This document shows, one piece after another, positions 29,401 to 42,599 of a DNA stretch of 64,000 bases. The first letter of the stretch is position 1, and each line of letters starts with the position of its first letter. Both the position numbers and the translations under genes were made by a program. The stretch comes from Octopus sinensis (taxonomy: Eukaryota), in NCBI RefSeq assembly GCF_006345805.1, contig NC_043010.1, forward strand, positions 30,938,001 to 31,002,000, read 5' to 3'. A model generated the notes under the pieces. The model worked only from the letters and a program-made list of their open reading frames with translations, had not been told where the DNA came from and ran no database searches.

Positions 29401-30499
29401 TCTATACTAAACAATATGATAAATATTTTGGGCAGTTTTGCTGGTAGGAACAGTCAGCTCATAAAGTACAACGTTCTGAAATTTAACTTTCCGAACTAAA
29501 CTTCATTAATTTCCTCCTTCTGGTCAGACTTCGTTAACGAACTATGAGCGTGCCCCCTCACCGAGTAATGAAAGCAATTAAAAATGAATAGACCTAGATA
29601 ATATAACCTTAAATTGGAAAAGTGCGCGGTACGCTGGTAAATTCTTGCTGAAATGGGTCAGCAGCCAGGTTTTGATTCCCTTTTAGCTTACCTTATTACA
29701 TTAATACCTGACAAAGGCTTGAAACAACACAATCCACATTTATCCCTATTCCATAACACTGAGACCTTTTCATTAATTCTAACATAATATTTCCAACAGG
29801 CATTGAAATGATAGTGATGGTGGCGGCGCGATGTAGACTGCCCCAAACTGTCTACACCACCATTACTATAAAAGACAGACGAGTTATACACTTACAAAAA
29901 AAACATGAAAACTAGCCTCTAGACAGTTATTTTATTTCGTTAGCAGTATTAGTTTTGCTAACTTACCCTTTATTTGTTGTAAATTGGTAAGTGTAATAGG
30001 CCGGAAGTAAATTCTACATTGCTAGGTAGATTATGTTAACGAAGTAGTCAATGTTAATTGTTACATATTACATTCACCTAGCGAGTTTGAAATGGCAAAA
30101 ATTAATCATAAAGAAGCAAGACATATCGCTGAGAAAAAAAAATTATTACAAAACCCATTCCAGAATATTACATTTCATTTTTACTTAAGTTGATTATAAA
30201 ATAAAGGAAATTAGATGGCGATCGAGAATAAAAGAATTAGAGTAAAGAACAAACATGGAGACGAAAAGGGGAAAACGGTAAGGGGAGAAAGAATAAAATA
30301 CAGTGGAAGACAAATAGAGTAAATGAAGCGGGTGAACAGACAGATGGGTGAGGTAAGAAAATGAAGAGATGTGAAGAAAGATAAGCGCGAGTAAGGAACA
30401 AAAGCGGGAAAGATGATGTCAAAACGAGAGAGAGGGAGAGATTGAAGCTGAAACAAAAGGAAAAGGATGGGAAACGTAAGTAGTAAGGGGGACTTTTTC

Positions 30500-30750
30500 A
30501 CCGCTTACACCGGGTCGCATCAAATTTTATCACCCGCAGACAATGGTACGGAGGAACTGGCGCTGTAGTAATTCGTTCTGCGACTACTTGGTGACGCGAT
30601 CCTAGCTGACGCTTGGTTATCCCTCCCCCAACGTTGTGTTTGTCCTGGTCGGGACTGTTTATGGTGTGTCAGCGGGCCAGCAACCGACCGCAGCCAAACT
30701 GGCTCTCTTAGCAACGGCCCCGCCTCTCTGTAGCCGAAATACTAGTGAGT
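30500..30750. promoter_or_regulatory. CpG-rich putative bidirectional promoter and non-coding first exons
   Basis: Local CpG enrichment in a CpG-poor window and GC-box ccccgcct at about 30718. Plus-strand donor CTA|gtgagt at 30745; minus-strand donor GGT|gtaagc at 30508. Confidence 0.55.
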
Positions 30751-30917
30751 ACTTACAATTAGTTCCTTCATTCTAACACATTCTCGGCAGCACGTCACAG
30801 TCGTTTCCTGCATGCATGTTTCCACTTAAATTAAAAAAGAAAAAACAGAGGGAAGCAGTTAAAGAATATATATATATACACACATACTAAAAGTACACGC
30901 GCACACACGCATACATG

Positions 30918-30963
<46 letters not shown>

Positions 30964-31600
30964 TACATATAGCAAGTATGGTTGATTACGAGATAAGGGG
31001 ATTTGAATGTATAGTTAATAAGAAACATAGGTTTTAAAATATTCTTATTTCTTCCTTCGGATTTCAAAGACAAACAGACACGGAAATATTTACACCTTGG
31101 CAAATAAAACGCTAATATTTATAGCCCTTTTATTTTAAAATATTTCAGTTGTTTGTTTTCTACACTTTATTTGTGTATTTATTGATATTACTTTGTTAAA
31201 GAAATAATAGTATTTGAGAAATGTCGGCAGTAAGATTCCGAAGGAAGTCTTTGTGAAAGAGGTGGGGGCATGTTAAAAATAAATAAATAAAAATGCATAG
31301 ACTTCGGTGTATATTTGTGCGTCTGATCGTATAGATTTTTGGAAATCCTGTATTCTCTCCTACCACATCTGTTCATTGCTGACCCATATCTTCCGATTTT
31401 CGGCGTAAGAGGGTCTGTACAAGAAGAAATATATAAAGGAAGCAAATTAACGAAAAGCTTACACTAATGTCTTCTGTAAGAGTACAAAAGTGTGTACATG
31501 TGCTGTGTTTTTTAACAAAAAGTTATATATATATTCCTCTATATGTATATAATATATATGCACGCGGGAATTTTATGTATTGTGTATATGTACGCGTGTG

Positions 31601-31640
<40 letters not shown>

Positions 31641-32724
31641 TATATATAGGAAATACAAGTGTTTTCTTGGATGTAATCATCCCTTCAAGAGGTTAACATA
31701 TTCTCTAATTAACTTATATATATATTCTCATTCGTATATCCATATTGAATTGATGTATGTATTATATGCATGTGTATAAATAGTCATTATATAACTACAT
31801 GCGTTTGTATGTTTTTGTATATATCCATGTACGTTTGCGTGTGTATTCTGTTACATGTAAATATTACTAAAATCAATCTTTAAAGTTTATTTATTAACTG
31901 ATTTGTGTGTATATAAACCTCTAGAGGAAGAGAGTGGTTTAAATTCTGTAGAGACTATTGATTTATGTAGATAAATTTTTCACACATAGAGCTGCAAAAG
32001 AGCAACTTTTAGGGTTTGCTTTACCTGCTGAACGACAGTTTGTACTTTGTCACTCGTAGCGGGTTGCGCCCGTGCTCGAAAGAGAATATTCTTCAGTCGC
32101 CGGATCCACTAAAAGGGTACCTCAAAGCGTTATACTTCACAACGTCAATCAGCGGCAGGACTATAAAGAAAATTCTGCATTAGTTCGTCTCTAACCAGTC
32201 TTGCTACGAAATATATTGATGGAGTCCTTACTGATATCCCGATGTCAATGGGTTATTAAATTATGTATTTGAATTGTAGTCTTTATACTTATGTAGCTAT
32301 ATGCACACACAAAAGATTACCGTTGGGTTAAATAAATTACTTCTAAAGTAAAATATATCTATAAGTATTAGCTAATATTCTATGTGATACAAAGGTATAA
32401 ACATTTTGAATTTATGCACGCTATGTTCCTGGATAGAAAAAGTAATGTGCTGCATAATCTGCATGCCAAGAATGTGTGATATATGAAAATTGGTTTCTTT
32501 CATTTATTCGAGCCCTTACCAATAACTAGTTTAAAAGCTGTCTCTTCGTAGTCAAAGGCAGTGTCATTAACTGAAAATATCTCAACACAATTCAAATTAC
32601 TTCGATTATCCCACTTTTTTCTGCCCGCTGTGGTGTTTGGAATAAAGACAATGTGTTTATGTCTATCAGTTATTTAATATTAAGTACGTATGTGTAATAT
32701 AGGAATTGTGTGTGTATGTGTAGA

Positions 32725-33245
32725 CATATATATATATATATATACATATACACGTGTGTATATATATATTTGTATACGTGTGTATATATATATTTGTATA
32801 CGTGTGTATATATATATTTGTATACATGTGTATATATATATATTTGTATACGTGTGTATATATGTATATACATATTTGTATATATGTGTATATATATATT
32901 TGTATACGTGTGTATATATATATTTGTATGTGTGTATATATGTATATATATATTTGTATGTATGTGTATATATATATTTGTATATGTGTGTATATATGTA
33001 TATATATATTTGTATACATGTGTATATATATATTTGTATATGTGTGTATATATGTATATATATATTTGTATACATGTGTATATATATATTTGTATATGTG
33101 TGTATATATGTATATATATATTTGTATACATGTGTATATATATATTTGTATACATGTGTATATATATATTTGTATACGTGTGTATATATTTGTATACGTG
33201 TGTGTATATATATTTATTTACGTGTGTGTGTGTGTGTGTGTGTAT
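32725..33245. repeat. Microsatellite-derived minisatellite (units like atatatatatatttgtatacgtgtgt, about 24-26 bp)
   Basis: Direct reading; produces the spurious IY/CV ORFs. Confidence 0.9.
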
Positions 33246-33284
33246 TTGTACCTATACATATATACACATGTATACATATTTAGA

Positions 33285-33582
33285 ATTCATTTTTCAGGAC
33301 TCAAAGCACACACAAAGTTAAATAATAGCATGTAAATATTGGGTTGAAGACCCCTTTTGGATATGAAAAAAAGTTGAAGGCTTCCTGTGAAACTTGAACC
33401 CTCATCTCCTGTACACATGACAGGCATTCTGCCATTCATTTTTCAGGACTCAAAGCACACACAAAGTTAAATAATAGCATGTAAATATTGGGTTGAAGAC
33501 CCCTTTTGGATATGAAAAAAAGTTGAAGGCTTCCTGTGAAACTTGAACCCTCATCTCCTGTACTCATGACAGGCATTCTGCC
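33285..33582. repeat. 149-bp tandem duplication
   Basis: 33285-33433 and 33434-33582; only one mismatch noticed (tacacatg vs tactcatg). Confidence 0.9.
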
Positions 33583-34469
33583 ACAAGCAGCCTTTGACTT
33601 TTTCTGTCCGACAGGGTTTTTCAACCCACTATTTACATGCTATTATATATAATAACTTTATGTATGTGCTTCGAGAATTTCAAAAAAGAATTAGTTCATG
33701 TTCTCTCAAAAGTTATGAAATTCTTCTGATGTTATATTTATCTGTATACAAATATATATATGTGTGTGTATCTATATCATTTGTCTTTTATTTGCTTCAG
33801 TCATTAGACTGCAGCATGCTGGAACACCTCCTTGAAGAATTCTTAGTCAAAGGAATCAGCTCCAGTCCTTAATATTTTTTAAAAACCTGGTACTTATTTT
33901 ATCAGTCTCTTTTGCCGAACCACTAAGTTATGAGAGGAGATAAACACACCGACACTAGCTATTAAGTGGCGGTTGGGGACTCTATCTTCTATTAAATTGC
34001 TGTTTCATTAAAATTATGTTTCGCAAAAATCCCAAAAGAATTATCTCTCTCCCCTTTCATGCTCTACCCTAACACTGGCATTGTCTCTCTCTCTCTCGCC
34101 ATGTTTCGATAACCATTTGCTTCTCCAATCACTTACCTCCTCCTCCACCATCCCACTCTATATAAACCTACTCTCTTGGATTCCTATACATTTCAATAAC
34201 CCTGCCAAAAGAACACAAACCCAGAAGATGTTGTTCAGATAAGGAATCTTGCTTTTTTTTTTAAACTCAGTACATCTATCACCTCTATTTCTAGTCCTGT
34301 AAACATAGTTTTCATCTTCTGTCTTAAAAACAAACTTAAGTTCACACGAATACCCTTGTTGTCACTTATTCATGCATCTATTTACTTTTGTCACATTGTA
34401 AATTATTCATTTCTCTAATTTTTTTGTCACAGATTGGCTGACCAAAAAGTCTAAGAATTTTAAATTCTG

Positions 34470-37400
34470 TCTACTATTAATATGCCATTCCTAACACCAG
34501 TATTGCTATTTCGCAGTTCGCCCGCCCTCCCTCCCCAACCACCAGTACCAGAAGTCCCTATCCTCTGACAGCCTTCAGTTGTCTCTCATGAAGACTTCTA
34601 AAGGCTTAATCCCATCCCCACCCCTACTTAGGCTCTATCTCCTATGTAAGGTTGTGATCATATAGTACATAAAAATGATAGTGTAGTGTATGCAGGTTGA
34701 AGGCTGTTGTTTGTTTATGAATTCTGCCAAATGCAAGCTTTCTTTTCAGGTACATGACACTGCTGTCCCCCATCCCAGGGTCACGTGGGCCCACACCTCC
34801 CACACCCTCAGGGTTGGCACAGTGAAAGGTAGGTCTGGTGAGATTGTTGAGATGCTTGAATGGGGATGTGTAGATTAGCACTGCATCCAAGATGTAAGGT
34901 GGAGAGAAGACTCTGCTAGGTTTCTCACAGGCAAAGAACATAGATACAAGATCTTCTGGGCAGGGAACACTGATGGGATTGGGAGCGTGGGTATACTTCT
35001 TGCAGAGAAATGGGTTGATAAGGTAATCGAGGTCGTGAGAGTCTGCAATAGAATACTTAGGATTAGATTAGTACTACATTATGGGTTAGCTACCATTATC
35101 TTAGCCTATGCCCCTCAGCCAGGGCTACCTGATGGACAGAAAGACCAATTTTATGACACTCTCTTGCTAACTACATCGTCGACGAATGACAGGGACCTTC
35201 TCTTTGTGGCTGGTGATTTCAATGGACATGTTGGACAACATGCAGGGGCCTTCCATGGCATACATGGAGGCTATGGTTTTGATTCCCACAATGAGGAGGG
35301 AACCAGGCTGATCTTGTGGTTTGCAATACTAACTTCAGGAAACCTACCAGTCACCTAGTCACCTACCGATCTGGTAGACACACTAGTCAGATTGACTACA
35401 TCCTCACCAGGAAAAGGGAAAGAGGGCTACTTATAAATGCCAAAACCTTCCCAGGCGAAGAATGTACCCCGCAACATAGACTGGTAGTTAGTGACTTCAG
35501 GATCAGAGCTAAATGGATGCCCAGAAGATGACCAGCATTGGAGGAGAAGGGTCTGGAAGCTTAAAGATCCTGTGAATGGACAGAAATTTTTAAACATATT
35601 ACTCAAAGCTTTTGACGAAATAGAGGGGGATATAGCATCACATGACATGGAAGACAACTGGAGGTTTCTACGGAACAACCTGCTGAGGGCCACTGACCAG
35701 ATCTGTGGATGGTGCAAAGTCCCCCCTCGACCCAAGGTAACATCGTGGTGAGACAATGTTGTTGACAGAGAAAAGAAACAGGTTTGGAAGAACGGTGGTG
35801 GCAGGGAATCATATCAGACTGCCAAAAGGGGAGCTAGGAGACAGTTTATTTAGCTAGGGGCAAAGCAGATAAAAAATGTGCCGTGAGGACCAAAGACTTA
35901 AGGTATTCTGTGCTGCGAGACAGTGTGTGAGAGAGAATCGTGATGTGGTAGGAGAGAAATGTATTTGCATGGATGATGGTTCACTTGCTTTAAACGAGGC
36001 TGCAAAGAGAGAGGTATAGAGACGCCACTATGAAAGGTTGTTAAATAAAGAGAATGAAATGGGAGAAAGAGAGCCTGCCAAATGCCGACCCAACAGAGGG
36101 ACCAGCTATCCGAATTGACAGTGCCTTGGTATAGATAAAGCAATTAAGGTTATGAAGACAGGGAAAGCCCCTAGCCCATCAGGAATCACTGCAGAGATGC
36201 TCAAAATATCTGGCAGTGTTGGCTATAGCCTAGTCACCCATATAGTCAACCAGGTGATACATGAATTTGTCATACCCAATGACTGGTGTAGCAGCACCAT
36301 AGTCTACTGCTACAAAGGTAAAGGTGACGCATTAGATACAAATAATTACAGAGGTATCAAGCTGTTGGATCAGGTAATGAAAGTCACAGAAAGGGTTGTA
36401 GCCCAACTAATTAGGGAGAGGGTCAGTCTAGATGAGATGCAGTTTGGGTTTGTGCCAGGGAAAAGCACCACTGATGCTATATTTCTGGTAAGACAGCTGC
36501 AGGAGAAATAACTAGCTTTCGTTGACATGGAGAAAGCTTTTGACAGGGTCCCCTGATCCCTTATTTGGTGATCAATGAGGAAACTAGGGATATATGAATG
36601 GTTAGAGCTGTACAAGCCATGTACAGGGACACTGTCAGTAAGGTGAGGGTTGGCAACGAGTACAGTGAGGAATTCCAGATAGAGGTAGGAGTCCACCAAG
36701 GTTCAGTCCTCAGCCCCCTCCTATTTATCATAGTCCTCCTGGCAATAACAGAGGAATTCAAGATAGGATGCCCCTGGGAGCTCCTCTATGCTGATGACCT
36801 TGTTCTAATTGCTGAGTCACTATCAGAACTAGAGGAGACGTTTCAGTTGTGGAAGCAAGTATTAGAATCAAAGGGCCTTAGAGTCAACCTAGCTAAAACC
36901 AAAGTCCTAATAAGTAGGAAGGCAGACAAACCACAAACCCCTTCTGGTAGATAATCTTGCTCGATCTATAGAAAAGGTGTAGGTAGAAATTCTCTAAGAT
37001 GTACCCAGTGTAAGCTATGGACACATAAGAGGTGCAGCAATATCAAAGGAAGGCTAACTGTGAAGATAGTTTTTATATGTGGCAGATGCTGAGGAGCAAT
37101 AAACACTGAAAATGTGCAGAAAACTTATGTCACATTCCAGGGAGAAAAACTAGAAGTAGTTGACAGCTTTCATTACCTAGGTGACCAAGTCAGTAGTGGA
37201 GGTAGATGCTCTGAAAGTGTAGCTGCTAGAATAAGAATAGCTTGGTCAAAGTTCAGAGAGCTCCTACCTCTGCTGGTGACAAAGCTCAGAGTAAAAGGTA
37301 GACTATATGATGCATGTGTACAAACAGCCATGCTACATGGCAGTGAAACATGGGCCGTGAGTGCTGAGGACATGCGTAAGCTTGCAAGGAATAAAGCCAG

Positions 37401-38199
37401 AATGCTCCACTGGATGTGTAATGTCAGTGTGCATACATGACAGAGTGTAAGCACCTTGAGAGAAAAGTTGGACCTAACAAGCATCAGATATGGTGTGCAA
37501 GAGAGACGACTGCACTGGTATGGTCATGTGGTGTGAATGGATGAGGACAGCTGTGTGAAAATGTATCACACCCTAGCAGTTGAGGGAATCTGTGGAAGAG
37601 GTAGACCCAAGAAGTACAACCTTCAAACATTGGGCCTCACCAAGGCAATGACTAGTGACCAAGACCTTTGAAAATATGCTGTGCTTGAGAAGACCCGGCT
37701 AGCCAAGTGAGACCATAACCTGTGGCCTATGCCAGCGGTGTAACCAGCATACTTATGCGTACCTTTCTTTCATTGAACACTAATCTTTGCTTGCAAAGAC
37801 CTGTTGAGGCAAGTGAAATCACAATCAAAATCAAATTTGCTGACGTGGCCGATGACAGCACCGCCTGACTGGCACCCGTGCCAGTGGAACATTAAAGCAC
37901 CATCTGAACGTGATCGTTGCCAGGACAACTGACGGGCACCTGTGCCGGTGGCACATAAAAAGCACCATTTGAGCGTGATGGTTACTATCGTTGCCTTACT
38001 GGCCCTCGTGTCAGTGGCACGTAAAAAGCAACCACTACACTCTCGGAGTGGTTGGCGTTAGGAAGAGCATCCAGCTGTAGAAACTCTGCCAGATTAGATT
38101 GGAGCCTGGTGCAGCCATCTGGCTTGCTAGTCCTCAGTTAAACGTCCAACCCATGCCAGCATGGAAAGCAGACGTTAAACAGTGAAGATGATGATGATG
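34470..38199 (+). mobile_element. Near full-length RTE-clade LINE (Rex3/Expander-like 3' end), pseudogenised
   Basis: APE: GILLAEKW, LAYAPQPG, VAGDFNGHVG, SQIDYIL. RT: NYRGIKLL, QFGFVPGKSTTDAIF, HQGSVLSPLLF, LLYADDL. ORF ends TGA 37708-37710. 3' UTR has about 60-bp subrepeats and a (GAT)n tail. Many stops and frameshifts. The 5' boundary is approximate. Confidence 0.92.
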
Positions 38200-38466
38200 G
38201 GCTCCTTTCAGTTTCTATTTACCAAATTCACTCACAAAGCTTTGGTAGGTCCAAGGCTGTTGTAGGAAACTTGCCCACGGACGACACATTGGGAATGAAC
38301 ACGGAACCAAGCTTCTTTCCATACAGCTATGATTGTGCCTTCCTCTCTCCATTGTTTTCTTTCCACTTTTCCTGGGTGTCAAACCAATCCACCTTGTTTC
38401 TTATACTCTAACCTGTCTCTGTCTTTTGTTTTTTGTACAATTTTGAACTGTATATCTATATATCTC

Positions 38467-38662
38467 AAAGTTAGATTAGGCCAGTTTATGGGATTACCTT
38501 AGGTTTTACATCCATAAAGGGCTTAGCTTATGGTGTATCATCAGATCCCAAAACCTGTTGGCTAAAGGCCTCTCTAGCAAGTTGCCTACATACGCCATAA
38601 TGGTAAGCCCTTTATGGATGTGAACGTTAAGATAATCCCATAAACCAGCCTTATCTAACTTT
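38467..38662. mobile_element. Foldback MITE, possibly Kolobok-type
   Basis: About 70-bp imperfect inverted arms aaagttagattaggccagtttatggg... / ...cccataaaccagccttatctaacttt, flanked by tcaa|AG ... CT|ttaa. Confidence 0.55.
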
Positions 38663-38722
38663 AATACATACTCCTTTATAACTTAGAGTGCGCTTCTTTT
38701 CTCGGATTTATGTTTACGGATG

Positions 38723-38755
<33 letters not shown>

Positions 38756-39419
38756 AATGTACATGTGTGTGTGTGTGTGTGTTAGGTTAGAAAGAAAGTT
38801 ATGTTGCATATCAAGCTGGGAAAGAAACAAATGCTTCTTTGGTCTTAATTGATATATTTAATCAAGATAATAGTTTCCCTCATTATTGATAACATAATTC
38901 CATTTATTTGGAAAATTGTTGATCCCTTCAGTATAAACTCCTTCAGGTTTCAAAGCAAAGAAACACTGATTATCATTTCTAACCTCTTCATAGGCTCAGG
39001 AACATGGGGCTCGGGGAGAGCTAGAGCACCCGTTAAAATTTGGGGTGCTAATGCAAACACTATACACCTTTGATTGGATCTGGGTTTGCACCCTCTAAAC
39101 AAACATTGTTCTCATGCTTATGAATCTCTTCATAATTAATAAATTGTCTTCACTAAGAATAAGGTTACAATAATCTGAAAAGATGATGAGATAGAATAAG
39201 GTCAGAAGAGTAAGGAAAATGAGGCAAAACTTCCATATTTAGTACCATAATCTTTTTCTGAGTGACTTAAGTAATATGTATGCTTGGATTATCATGTAAG
39301 AGCAACTCCCTTTTGCAATTGACCAATAAGGGCTTTTTTCTTTCTTTTTTTTACAAATTTTTATGCAATGCTTCAAACTGACAATACTTTTCTGCATTGT
39401 TTCATTTTGGTTTAACACT

Positions 39420-40425
39420 TAATGATAGATGACTCCTTTCATATCCCTCCAAACACTCAGCATAGCCTTTTGGGTGTAATCTTGCAGATGACGCAAAAGT
39501 CTCTCAGAGGCTACAGAACCCTGGAAACATTGCGCTACTGCAGCTGGAGTTGAACACAATATACAGGTGGATTGGGGACAATAACTACGGGTTAATGCTG
39601 GAAAACTCCAAGCCCTGCACTACCAACACACTGCTGAATGAAATGCAGACAGGATACACTGGCCCATGAGGGTTTGCAATCCCTGAATCAAAGTCAATGT
39701 GCAACCTAGACATTGACATGTGTAATGATGCATATTATTAATTTGGTTATAAAATGCAGGCAGCTGGCCAGAAGGATTCTCCAAACTTTCAGAACAAGAG
39801 AACAGGAAACTATGATAGTCATTTGAAAGACATATCTCCTCAACCACTTAGACTACTGCTCCCAACTATGTATAAAATTAATGGCAGAACTCAAAGTAAT
39901 CCAGTGAAGCTATGCAAAGAAAATTGTCTCAATGCAACATGTCATCTACTGGGAAAGGCTGAAAAAGTTAATACTCTGCTTCCTAGAACAAAGGCAGGAA
40001 AGATATGCAATGATATACACCTGAAAAATCCTTCAAGGACTTGTACCAAACTTTGGCATTGAAAGTTATGCAAGCAGCAGAATGGGGTGCCACTGCATAG
40101 TGCCAAAGTTCCCCACATTGCCACCAAGATACAAGATCAATACTGCTACAGTTTGGGTTTAAAGGGCCCACAGCTCTTCAAGGACTGAGAGACCCACGTG
40201 GTGCAGATGTGTCTTCAAAACAAAACTGGATCTCCTCCTGTCAAGGATTCTGGATTAGCTTATGTCACAACAAGAAACGCAGATGAGGGGAACAGCATCA
40301 AACTGCTTCATTCACTTAATACCACATATCAGGGGAGGTTTCAAATGGTGCAGATATAGCAAAGCCATTTGTGGTGCCCCAGTATGGCCTCAGCTCAAAC
40401 TGGAACCAGTTAAATAGAGTAAAGA
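39420..40425 (+). mobile_element. CR1/Crack-group LINE 3' portion
   Basis: ADDAKV...LQLELNTIYRWI, YAMIYT.KILQGLVPNFGI, KGPQLF, VFKTKLDLLLSRI; tail ggtgccccagtatggcctcagctcaaactggaaccagttaaatagagtaaaga. Confidence 0.75.
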
Positions 40426-40426
40426 T

Positions 40427-40470
<44 letters not shown>

Positions 40471-40539
40471 TCATCATCTTATAACATCTGTTTTCCATGC
40501 TGGTACCACCATCAACCACAACAACAATTTCACTTGACT

Positions 40540-40725
40540 CAACAGGTCTTCTGAAGCACAGCATATTGCCCAACGATTGATGGGTACTTTTAAATGAACC
40601 AGTTATGTGAAACTGGCATCATCTGTGGATATGATCTCACTTGGCTAGCTGAGTCACTTGGCATTGTTTCTGTGAGGCCCAACGTTCGAAGGTCATGCTT
40701 CACCACCTCATCCCAGGTCTTCTTG
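40540..40725 (-). mobile_element. RTE LINE 3' ORF fragment
   Basis: gtgaggcccaacgttcgaaggtcatgcttcaccacctcatcccaggt matches 17577-17625. Confidence 0.8.
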
Positions 40726-40812
40726 GAAAATTAGGATGTTAAATTTTTTTATCATTTTGGGAGTGTGTGTATGCTGAGTATGCCTCAATCTAAGAGTGTC
40801 CTCAGTAAGGTT

Positions 40813-41986
40813 TATGAGGGTCAGCTGAAAAGTTTTTTGACTGATCAAGATACTCTCATGGAATGTGACCAAATTAGGTTTATTTTACAACTTAGTCCCC
40901 CCCTTGTGGTTCACTTCTTCCATTGGTGTTGTAGTGCTTAGATCCCATTGGTGAAGGACCTTTCATCCTGCTGGTCAAATAAGTCATCAACAGTAGATAT
41001 GACATCATCATCACTGCAATACTGGTTCCCAGCCAAGTAATTTTCATTTTGGGGAATAGATGAATATCAGGTGGGGCCAAATCAGAAGAATAGGGAAACT
41101 GATCAACCAATTCAAAGCTACAGTCACATACAGCAGCCATTGAAACCATTGATGTCTGGAGCGTTATCCTGATGAAACAAAAACTCTTTCATAAATGCCT
41201 TAGAAAATTGGCATAGTACTTTACATTGCACATGTGGCCCTTTTGAAAATAGTCAATAAACACAATGCCTTGTATATCCCAAAACACTGAGGCCATCACC
41301 TTTCCTGCTGATGAAACAACTTTGGCCTTCTATGGAGCATATCATGAGGTGTGTTTCCACTGCATGGATTGTCTCTTTATCTCTGGTTCAAAGTGCTACA
41401 CCCAATATTCATCCTGGGTTAGGAAATGCTCAAGGAAAGTAGCTGGATTTACCTCAAGCAGTATCAGATTTTCCCATGATATGATCAGCCTGGTGCACTT
41501 TTCATCAAGTGTCAGAAGACATGGCACCCACTGAGTAGAAACCTTCATCAAGCCAAGTTCATTGTGCAGAATAGTCTCAACTCTCTCACAAGATATGCTA
41601 ATAGCACTGGTGAACACAATCCAGGTTTTCTTCAGTGGTTGCAGTTGCAGGAAGACCAGACCATGGGTCATCTTCAAGAATCTCCCTTTCACTCTTGTAC
41701 AGTTTATAAACTGGAGAGTCATCCCCTTATGTAGCCACCATGTCAGCATGAATGTTCTTGAAGGCCAAACCTTTTTTCTGCAGGTACTTGATAACATGAC
41801 GATGCCATATTTTGTCCATTTTCAAGAGAGGTTGCTATTAGTTTTGAAATCTTCTTTTAAGAGTCACATGTCAGTTTACCTAAAAAGAAACAATGCAGTT
41901 ATTTATAAGAATAGTTGAAATTTATGCAAGCAAGATTTCACAGCTCTAGCATCTCTCCTTCATGAACTTTTCAGCCCACCCTTGTA
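40813..41986 (-). mobile_element. Near full-length decayed mariner transposon
   Basis: TIRs tatgagggtcagctgaaaagtt / aacttttcagcccacccttgta; KVSTQWVPCLLT (WVPHEL-like), FLTQDEYWV, PYSSDLAPPDIHLFP. Confidence 0.9.
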
Positions 41987-42034
41987 TATAGTATTTTGTA
42001 TTAAAGCTATTAATACAAGTACAACTCTTTTGTC

Positions 42035-42455
42035 GGATCTTTTTGGTTTGAACGGCAGTTTTTTCTAGCAGTGTCATATGAAATTGTCACCCATAACTAT
42101 GACCCTAGTATCGATCTATTACATTTCAATCTGTTTTAGGTTTAGGGTTAGTTGGGGGTGGGGGAAGGGTATTTTTTTTTTCTTCACAAATGTAAATAAA
42201 CCCAATCTGTTTCTTAAACGAGGGACATATTCATACGGCACAGAATGTTTTTTTACCTCAATAGACGTATTTGATTGGTTGAAATTGCAAAAATTGAAGA
42301 AAAAAACAACAAATATCTTACAAACTATAGAATTTTCTCAATAAAGCCAAGCGAAAAAGATGTTTTATAAACACATTCTACCAGAATACGAAGTTTAAAA
42401 TTTTTTAGTTACCTAGAAATTATGTTAAAAACTGCCGTTCAATCCGAAAAGATCC
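42035..42455. mobile_element. MITE with about 27-bp TIRs, superfamily unassigned
   Basis: ggatctttttggtttgaacggcagtttt ... aaaactgccgttcaatccgaaaagatcc; internal ctaaccctaaacctaa on the minus strand. Confidence 0.8.
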
Positions 42456-42599
42456 CTTTCATCAGCTAAGTGGACTGGAGCAGTGTGAAATAAGTGTCTT
42501 GCTCAAGGACTCAATATGCCACCAGTTATCAAACTCACAACCTTATGATCATGAGCCAAATACTCTAACCACTTAGTCACATGCTTTAAATATATTAAT

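Noticed and set aside
29688-29891. 67-aa minus-strand ORF as a coding exon
   Set aside because: Non-ATG start; joins to neighbouring candidate exons give early stops or no start codon; no recognisable homology.
30676-30716. RFX X-box (agcaac half-sites) implying ciliary regulation
   Set aside because: Only half-sites without a matching GTNRCC half, and far from the PACRGL 5' end.
32666-33335. Long IY/CV-rich ORFs on both strands (also 48451-48905)
   Set aside because: Artefacts of stop-free TA/TG repeats.
37860-38030. CRISPR-like repeat-spacer pattern
   Set aside because: These are degenerate subrepeats of an RTE 3' UTR in a eukaryotic genome, with no unique spacers or cas genes.
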